The notes under the pieces were generated by a model. The model was not told the DNA's origin. It ran no database searches and worked only from the letters and a program-made list of their open reading frames with translations. Position numbers and translations under genes: made by a program. From assembly GCA_037381445.1 (NCBI GenBank), contig JARRQT010000065.1:1-13914 (forward strand): DNA of 13,914 bases. The letters are read 5' to 3'. Shown in pieces: positions 7,759 to 13,914 of this stretch; the stretch's first letter is position 1, and the number at the start of each line of letters is the position of its first letter. This DNA is from Calditrichia bacterium. Its GTDB lineage: Bacteria; Calditrichota; Calditrichia; RBG-13-44-9.

Positions 7759-10032
7759 ATCGAACAGTTCGTGCAAGCCGTCGCTGGTCATCACCACCAC
7801 ATCTCCCGGACTGAGCGTAATAGAATCGCTGGCATAGGGAAAATCGCTTACTGCGCCCAAAGGCATGGCCTTGAGGATAACCTGTTCGCATTGCCCGGTC
7901 TGTGCCCGGTAAATCAACAGCGGCGGCATGCCGGCGGAACTGTACCGGAGGGTTTTCCCGTTGATGCGGGCAATGGCCAGGCACATGGTTAACCTGTGAA
8001 GTTTCATTTGCTTGATGGCCCGGTTTGCGGAGACCAGGATATCCTTTACTTCCCGCGTTTCGGATAAAATATTAAGCAGCCCCTTGGTCGCGGTCACCAT
8101 ATTGCCCGCTTTGAGGCCGTGTCCGGTAGCGTCACCAATGGCCACCATCAGATTGCCGTCATCGGACCGGAAGAAATCGTAGTAATCACCCCCCACCTCC
8201 GTGGCGGTTTCCATGAATACGGCTATATCCAGGCCCTCGATATCGGGGACCTCCCGCGGAAGCAGGGAAAGCTGCAGTTCCCGGGCGGCTTCCAGCTCTT
8301 TGTTTTTGCGATCATTCTCCAGAGCGATGGCCTGACGTTCCAGCTCAAGCTTGTGCGCATGGCGTTCCTGCGCTATCGTTTTCCGGGACAATTGTCTGAC
8401 ATTAACCAATTGTACTTCCAGATCTTTATTTACGTAAGCAAAGTTATAGGAAAGGAAAACGGACATCGATACGGCCAGGCTCATCATTCCATAGACATAG
8501 ACCTGTCTCGCTCCGAACACGCTGCCAATTACCGAATAATCGACAAGAATTTGCAGGATGATAAAAACTGCCATGGTCAGGAAGCCGGCCAGCAGCAGAC
8601 CGCCGCCCCTCAGCTGCCTGGTGTTCTGACGGAGACTGCTAAAAATGACTTCCAGCAGCGTTAAACCAAAAAACACATAATTCAGAGCCAATACAAAATT
8701 GATACTGAATCCCGAAGCGATCGCCAGGCTGAGGACGATAAACAAGACCAGGAATCCCCACGTTCTTTTCGGCAGTTTCGTATAATTCATTTCATAGACG
8801 GTCAGCAATCCAAAGAATACGGCCACTGTAATTGAAAAGTAATTCAGTTTTGTAAAGAGAATGACTGTTGTGACACTGCCGATAAAATCCGGTTCGTAAT
8901 GGAAGTATGTTATTCCGGCAAATCCCAGCATGCAGATGGCATAGAACAGGTTTTGTCGTTGTTTTCTGAAAAAGCCGTAAAGGGTAAAATGGAGGAAGGC
9001 CAAAACCAGGGGAATCAAAGTGAAAACCATTTGATGCGCCGTTGTTGATCTCACCATGCCGGCTGTCCGGAACGCATGGGCCAGGCTGGCCAAAGTGATG
9101 AGAAATCCCGGATCGTATCCCAGCTCGGACTGTTTCTTCCAATGGTAGTTGGCATAGCGCACTGCAATCAGTTGATCATATCTCGGATCGATCCTGATTT
9201 GCCGCCACCCTGACCCGGCATCCGGCTCGTTGGTCGCGGCCGATGAATCAATTTTGCCAAAGGAATAAAGCAGCCTCCCATTGTAGTAAATCCGGGAGGC
9301 GCCTAATTGGCTGATGCGGAAGGCCAGTGTTCTGTTCCAGAGCGAGGAATCGACGTACATGTGAAATCTGAACCACCCGGTCCCGTCCCATCTCGGCTGG
9401 GAGGGCTCAGTCCAGCGGATGAAGGGATCGGTCACCACCCAGCTGCTGTCATCAAAGGCGGGCATGGCCCAGGCTGCATTATCGCCCGGGTGATAGCGCC
9501 AGAGACCGTTAAGCCTTAAAGGCTGGCGCTGCGGAAGAAAGCGTTCTGCCGTCAGGACCAGCCGCCCGTTGAGCATTTTATTGAGCCAGCCATAAACGGT
9601 AATGTGAACCACGGTGTCGCTTTCCACTTTCAGTCGGAAATTGTCATATGTTCTACCGTCTTTGTTAAGGGCTTCGCTCCACCATGACCCGGCGGTCACT
9701 TTGAAATCAATTTTTTCCCCTTTTGGGAAGGAATGGCGGGCTGTCCAGAGGGAATCGGATTTGGGGGTCATCGGAACGGCAGCGGCATTCCAGTCCCCCA
9801 ATTGGGTGGTGTTTCCGCTCAGGTAAACCTTTTGCCCGATTGCCGGAGCTTTAAGCAGGACAACGAACTCTACCGAGCGGTCCGGCCGGGATGTGTTGGA
9901 ACAGGACAGAAGAAGGATGGCAGAGAGCGCCAGACAGATAAAGCTTAAGACGAAGAGATTGCTGCCCTGCAAATCCGGTCGCGGGAAAGTGCTGAGTAAT
10001 TTCTGATCTTCAGGAGTTTTTATGCTATCCAT
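7567..10032 (-). CDS. Membrane sensor Ser/Thr phosphatase: CBM20-like domain, galactose-binding-like beta-sandwich, ~7 TM helices, coiled coil, SpoIIE/RsbU (PP2C) domain
   Basis: PP2C motifs ARELQLSLLP, EVGGDYYD, IGDATGHG, SAGMPP, SDG and DDLT. CBM20-like VYLSGNTTQLGDWN...W...FKVTAGSW; WRYHPGDN..WA...FDDSSW and GTGWFR sandwich motifs; multiple hydrophobic segments. Start uncertain (10056, 10032 or later). Confidence 0.88.
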   Translation of the reverse strand: MDSIKTPEDQKLLSTFPRPDLQGSNLFVLSFICLALSAILLLSCSNTSRPDRSVEFVVLLKAPAIGQKVYLSGNTTQLGDWNAAAVPMTPKSDSLWTARHSFPKGEKIDFKVTAGSWWSEALNKDGRTYDNFRLKVESDTVVHITVYGWLNKMLNGRLVLTAERFLPQRQPLRLNGLWRYHPGDNAAWAMPAFDDSSWVVTDPFIRWTEPSQPRWDGTGWFRFHMYVDSSLWNRTLAFRISQLGASRIYYNGRLLYSFGKIDSSAATNEPDAGSGWRQIRIDPRYDQLIAVRYANYHWKKQSELGYDPGFLITLASLAHAFRTAGMVRSTTAHQMVFTLIPLVLAFLHFTLYGFFRKQRQNLFYAICMLGFAGITYFHYEPDFIGSVTTVILFTKLNYFSITVAVFFGLLTVYEMNYTKLPKRTWGFLVLFIVLSLAIASGFSINFVLALNYVFFGLTLLEVIFSSLRQNTRQLRGGGLLLAGFLTMAVFIILQILVDYSVIGSVFGARQVYVYGMMSLAVSMSVFLSYNFAYVNKDLEVQLVNVRQLSRKTIAQERHAHKLELERQAIALENDRKNKELEAARELQLSLLPREVPDIEGLDIAVFMETATEVGGDYYDFFRSDDGNLMVAIGDATGHGLKAGNMVTATKGLLNILSETREVKDILVSANRAIKQMKLHRLTMCLAIARINGKTLRYSSAGMPPLLIYRAQTGQCEQVILKAMPLGAVSDFPYASDSITLSPGDVVVMTSDGLHELFDEKRETYGTENVMKSLEQHANKPAREIIRGLYEDGKSWAGNTPLADDLTMVVIKVTEELRLESE

Positions 10033-10200
10033 CTTGATTACGTAAAAACATAACATGGTAAATTTATTAAAAAATGATGGAATATGTATGTTCTTTATTA
10101 CTTTTTTGAAGACAGAAGAAATGCCGGGGATGAGGCTGAGCGTAAGACAGTAAGGCCAGTGGGTCCTGAGAGAGAAAAAATGTAACAGAAAAAGAAATGG

Positions 10201-10794
10201 CTAAACCGGATTTGGAGGCCCGGGAGAAATTTGTCGGTTTCTGTTATTTTTCTCCAAAAGAAAAAGCACAAAAAAACCGGAAAGCGACATCAATCCCACC
10301 AGAATAAAAGTATGCACGAAGCCCACAAACTGCGCCACTACTGCACCAATGACTGCGGTGCCGGCTGATCCCAGGCCGGTCAGGGTGGAGTAAAGACTCC
10401 ATTCATAGCTTTCACGAAAGCGGTCCATATGCAGGCTCCACAGCCCGACCCAGGTAGGGTAGGCCAGGCCGTGTCCCACACCCAGAATAACCTGCGCCAC
10501 AAAAAGCAGATAAATATGGCGGGCGAAAATATAAATGACAGGCACAATCGTAATTAAAAACGTCCCTGCCAGCAGCCACCTGACCTTGTCGTCATGTTTG
10601 TCAACATATTTTGAGAAGGGAAGCTGCACCACACTTTTAACCGCCATAAATATGGTGCCGGCGATACCAGCATTCAGGATGGAACCGCCGACCAGATCTT
10701 CTTTAATAAAAATAGCCAGAATAGGCTGTATCAGTCCGAATCCGGTGGAAATGAAAATATCGGATATCATCAGCAGTTTAATGGTGCGATTCAT
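10201..10794 (-). CDS. Half-size (about 6 TM) MFS-family transporter protein, 197 aa
   Basis: About six hydrophobic segments, motif-A-like FSKYVDKHDDK after TM2, and QVILGVGHGLAYP in TM4. GGAGG RBS upstream. Confidence 0.75.
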   Translation of the reverse strand: MNRTIKLLMISDIFISTGFGLIQPILAIFIKEDLVGGSILNAGIAGTIFMAVKSVVQLPFSKYVDKHDDKVRWLLAGTFLITIVPVIYIFARHIYLLFVAQVILGVGHGLAYPTWVGLWSLHMDRFRESYEWSLYSTLTGLGSAGTAVIGAVVAQFVGFVHTFILVGLMSLSGFFVLFLLEKNNRNRQISPGPPNPV

Positions 10795-11274
10795 CTCGCC
10801 TCCGTTTTTGTTAGTTCCGGCATAAATATAATCTGAATATCAGCTCATCAATTGACGTGGATTGAATAATTCGTCCTGATTATTTTCAGATGTTTATTTC
10901 GGAAAGGGGGAAATGCAGCTTTTTATCAGATCTGAACTCCGCACAGTTGTTGGCATCAGCCAGGTTGATACAGAAAGCCGGATTGACTGCAGGCGGTTTG
11001 CATTTTCCTATTCGCTCCGCACATCAACATTTGTTTCCCCAAATTTCTTCTCTGGTATGTCCCGGCTACCACCAGGCCGCGTTTTGATCATGCAATCTGA
11101 TTTGAACCCTGCCATGAAATAGGGGAGCCGCTTGTCCGGCGCAGAAAGACCGGTGCTCGCTCCCGCTGCCGCCCAAATCTGCTTTTTATCATCAATACAT
11201 TCTCAATATTCATGGAATGCAATATGCCGTATCCTGAAATTGTTTCTTCCTTTTTTGGAAGTATGCATTTTTCA

Positions 11275-11320
11275 AAAATGGGGGCATATTCGCCAGCCTC
11301 GAATTATGCGCCCCAAAAAA
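11275..11320 (-). terminator. Putative intrinsic terminator of the lipoprotein gene
   Basis: Imperfect inverted repeat GGGGGCATATTCG...CGAATTATGCGCCCC (11280-11314), ~25 nt past the stop at 11339, followed by ATTTTT on the minus strand. Confidence 0.5.
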
Positions 11321-11338
11321 CCTGGTTAAAGAAAAGCT

Positions 11339-11776
11339 TTAGTCGTCATCTCCCCAATAGAAACCGGGACCCCAGTACCAGTTCCAATAGCCGTAAGGCC
11401 AGCCGAAGGCAGGGCCGCCGTACCAGAAGCCGTCCCATCCCGGCCACCAGTAACTCCAGTCCTCCAGTCGCTGGTTGTGCCGCACGGACCGCAGGTAGGT
11501 TTTTTGCATGTAATTAATCACTTCACCGGATACCCCTTCCTCCTTCAATTGGGCCAACTGGTCTGCTTTCAGGCGGTACACGGTGTGTGATTCTTTCATC
11601 TTCTTGATAATTTTTTCCGGCGGGACGCTGTCTTGGCTCATCTTAACAATTTCCGGCACGGTCACCGGCCCGGGTATGTAATTATACCGTGTGTATGAAC
11701 AGCTTTCAAAAAGCAAAAATCCCGCAACAACCAGCAGAAAAACAAAACCGCGAATCACATTTTGCAGTTTCTTCAC
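11339..11776 (-). CDS. Hypothetical lipoprotein with a small helical domain and Trp/Tyr/Gly/Pro-rich tail, 145 aa
   Basis: GTG start at 11776 behind GGGAGGAAG. A basic N-terminus and hydrophobic stretch end in FESC (atypical lipobox). Confidence 0.7.
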   Translation of the reverse strand: MKKLQNVIRGFVFLLVVAGFLLFESCSYTRYNYIPGPVTVPEIVKMSQDSVPPEKIIKKMKESHTVYRLKADQLAQLKEEGVSGEVINYMQKTYLRSVRHNQRLEDWSYWWPGWDGFWYGGPAFGWPYGYWNWYWGPGFYWGDDD

Positions 11777-12305
11777 GATGACTTCCTCCCCGATAAAATG
11801 ATGGTTTTTAAACCTCTTCCTGACAATCCGGCACTTACCAGTCCCTGCTGCAGCCAATGGCTTTCTGCAAAAAATAGATCGATTTAGTTGATCACCAATG
11901 AATCGTCTGAAAAATTTCTTTTGCTGCGGAAGGATATCTTTTTCCGAGGCAGCCGCATCACAAGAAATAGCTCTCCTCTTCATATTTTGAATCTTACTCA
12001 GCGGCATATAATGGAAAAGTCTTGTCTCCCCAAAATTGTCAATTTGCCTGTCCCACCGCACGTCAGTTTATTATTCCAAGGTGAAGAAATGATGAAGTTT
12101 TCCGAAACAGGCTAATCCGGAAAACCAACTAAAGATTGTTCCAAAATATTATCGTTGAGAGAGAAGAGAGATAAAATCTGTCTGAGCGGATTTTTGGAAA
12201 TTTTCATTTAAATGGATGTTGAAATTTAAAGGGAAGGCGGCTGTCAGGAGTGGAACCGGCGGCGCGCGTCCGTCGTACACTAAACAATTTCAGGAAAGGA
12301 AAATC

Positions 12306-13058
12306 ATGAATACCACAGGAAACACTATTTTGATTACCGGGGGCGCGACCGGTATCGGTCTGGCGTTGGCCGAAGCGTTTCTGGACGCTGGAAATGAAGT
12401 GATTATCTGCGGGAGGCGGGAAAACCGGCTCCTGGAAGCGAAAAGTCAGTTTCCCATGCTTCACACCCTGAATTGCGACGTTGTCGGTGCCGAAAACCGG
12501 CGGAACCTCATGGAAGAGGTCCTTTCCAAATTCCCCAAACTGAACATGCTGGTCAATAATGCGGGGATACAGCGGGAGATCGATTTCCGCAAAGGGGCAG
12601 AGGCGCTGGAGGGGGAGAATGAGATTGAAGTGAATCTGCAGGCGCCGGTCCATCTTTCCGCACTTTTTATTCCACACCTGATGCAGCAGCGTGAGGCGGC
12701 GATTCTGAATGTTTCTTCGGGACTGGCATTTATTCCCATCGCTATTATGCCGCTGTATTGCGCCACCAAGGCCGCGCTGCATTCCTTCAGCCTGGCCCTG
12801 CGCCGCCAGCTAAGGAATACCTCCATAAAGGTGTTCGAAATTATTCCGCCCACAGTGGATACGGAGCTGGACAAGGGCCGCAGGGATGCCAGGGGACAGA
12901 CCGACCGCGGCATCGATCCCCGTGAAGTAGCCAGGGAAACCATGCCGGCTTTGCAGGCCGACGAATATGAAATTGCTATTGGGCAGGCCCAGTTTATCAG
13001 GAAAGGCTCCCGTGAAGATCCTGAGGGGACTTTTCAGAGAATGAATTCCCGCTGGTGA
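12306..13058 (+). CDS. Short-chain dehydrogenase/reductase (DltE-like), 250 aa
   Basis: TGGATGIG, ICGRR, NNAGI, NVSSGLAF, catalytic YCATK and EIIPPTVDT. ATG at 12306 behind AGGAAAGGA. Confidence 0.92.
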   Translation: MNTTGNTILITGGATGIGLALAEAFLDAGNEVIICGRRENRLLEAKSQFPMLHTLNCDVVGAENRRNLMEEVLSKFPKLNMLVNNAGIQREIDFRKGAEALEGENEIEVNLQAPVHLSALFIPHLMQQREAAILNVSSGLAFIPIAIMPLYCATKAALHSFSLALRRQLRNTSIKVFEIIPPTVDTELDKGRRDARGQTDRGIDPREVARETMPALQADEYEIAIGQAQFIRKGSREDPEGTFQRMNSRW

Positions 13059-13095
13059 TTCTGGCACTGCGCAATACTATACCGGATGGACAGTC

Positions 13096-13905
13096 ATGCG
13101 AAAAATCCGGCTGCTTGTTCTTCTGCTTGTGATGAGCAGCGTTTCCCTGAGTTCGGCGCAGGATACAACCGCTCACCGGAATATTCTGCACATCCTGCAG
13201 CAGGATATCTACGCCACTGCCTATGACGCTGCCACACTTTTCACTTCACCGCTCCGTTTTCACACAAAGGACTGGCTGATCACCGGGGCGGTCCTGGGAG
13301 GTACTGCCGCGTTCTTTCCGGAGGATGAATCCATCCGGGATTTCGCGCTTCGCAGCCGCACCCGGACGCTAACCCGGATGATGAAAATTGGGACCTATTA
13401 CGGCGGAGGTTCCCTGTGGCGCATTGCCGGGGCAACGGGCTACCTGGGCGGACTGGTTCTGGGCAATGAAGATATCCGCACCACCGGCCGCCTGGTGTTC
13501 GAGTCCGGTATATTTGCCATTGTGGTCTATTCCAATTTAAAGCGCTTATTCGGACGCAGCCGCCCCTATGAGCATGAGGGCGCTTTTTACTATCGTCCCC
13601 TGCAGGGGCTTTACGGTTCCTCGCTGCCTTCGGGACATGCCGTCATCAGTTTTACCCTGTCCACGGTGCTGGCAGGCCGGATTCACTGTCTCCCCGCCCA
13701 GGCTGCCCTCTACGGACTGGCGGGATTTACTTCCCTCTCCAGGATTTATGTTGATGCCCACTGGACGTCGGATGTGGTGCTGGGCTCCGCCATCGGTTAT
13801 TTCCTTGGCAGGGCGGTGGTGGAGATGAATGAAACACCCGCCGGGAAAAGACGCTGGGAGCTGGCTGCGGCGCCCGGCGGTGCAACTCTTGTGCTTCATT
13901 TCTGA
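13096..13905 (+). CDS. PAP2-family membrane phosphatase with N-terminal signal peptide, 269 aa
   Basis: All three PAP2 motifs are present: KRLFGRSRP, PSGH and SRIYVDAHWTSDV. Signal-like MRKIRLLVLLLVMSSVSLSSA. Confidence 0.9.
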   Translation: MRKIRLLVLLLVMSSVSLSSAQDTTAHRNILHILQQDIYATAYDAATLFTSPLRFHTKDWLITGAVLGGTAAFFPEDESIRDFALRSRTRTLTRMMKIGTYYGGGSLWRIAGATGYLGGLVLGNEDIRTTGRLVFESGIFAIVVYSNLKRLFGRSRPYEHEGAFYYRPLQGLYGSSLPSGHAVISFTLSTVLAGRIHCLPAQAALYGLAGFTSLSRIYVDAHWTSDVVLGSAIGYFLGRAVVEMNETPAGKRRWELAAAPGGATLVLHF

Positions 13906-13914
13906 TTTTCCGCT

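Noticed and set aside
11777..12305. N-terminal extensions of the lipoprotein (to 12061) and SDR (to 12216), and short ORFs between them
   Set aside because: Better RBS-backed starts exist at 11776 and 12306. The extensions have no recognisable motifs, and the region looks like a divergent promoter interval.

Overview
Bacterial chromosomal window. It carries a translationally coupled FAD-binding dehydrogenase and ThDP-dependent (acetolactate synthase-like, ALS) gene pair on +. On - it carries an intact RelE/ParE toxin-antitoxin (TA) pair, katG, a frameshifted PIN toxin with a truncated partner gene, a membrane sensor phosphatase (CBM20-like + beta-sandwich + multi-TM + SpoIIE/PP2C), a half-size MFS gene and a small lipoprotein. 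It ends with an SDR and a PAP2 phosphatase on +. The most striking structure surrounds katG. On each side, a TA module sits between the intact 3' end of a flanking gene and a second, orphan copy of that same 3' end (ALS: 3372-3457 vs 4296-4381; phosphatase: ~7529-7758 vs ~6756-6969). The 86-bp ALS repeat differs at 6 positions, all synonymous, while homology just upstream of it is heavily decayed. This fits a ~924-bp TA cassette that entered by replacing the gene's 3' end. No integrase or transposase is present in the window. All family calls come from motif recognition and hand alignment; no database searches were run.
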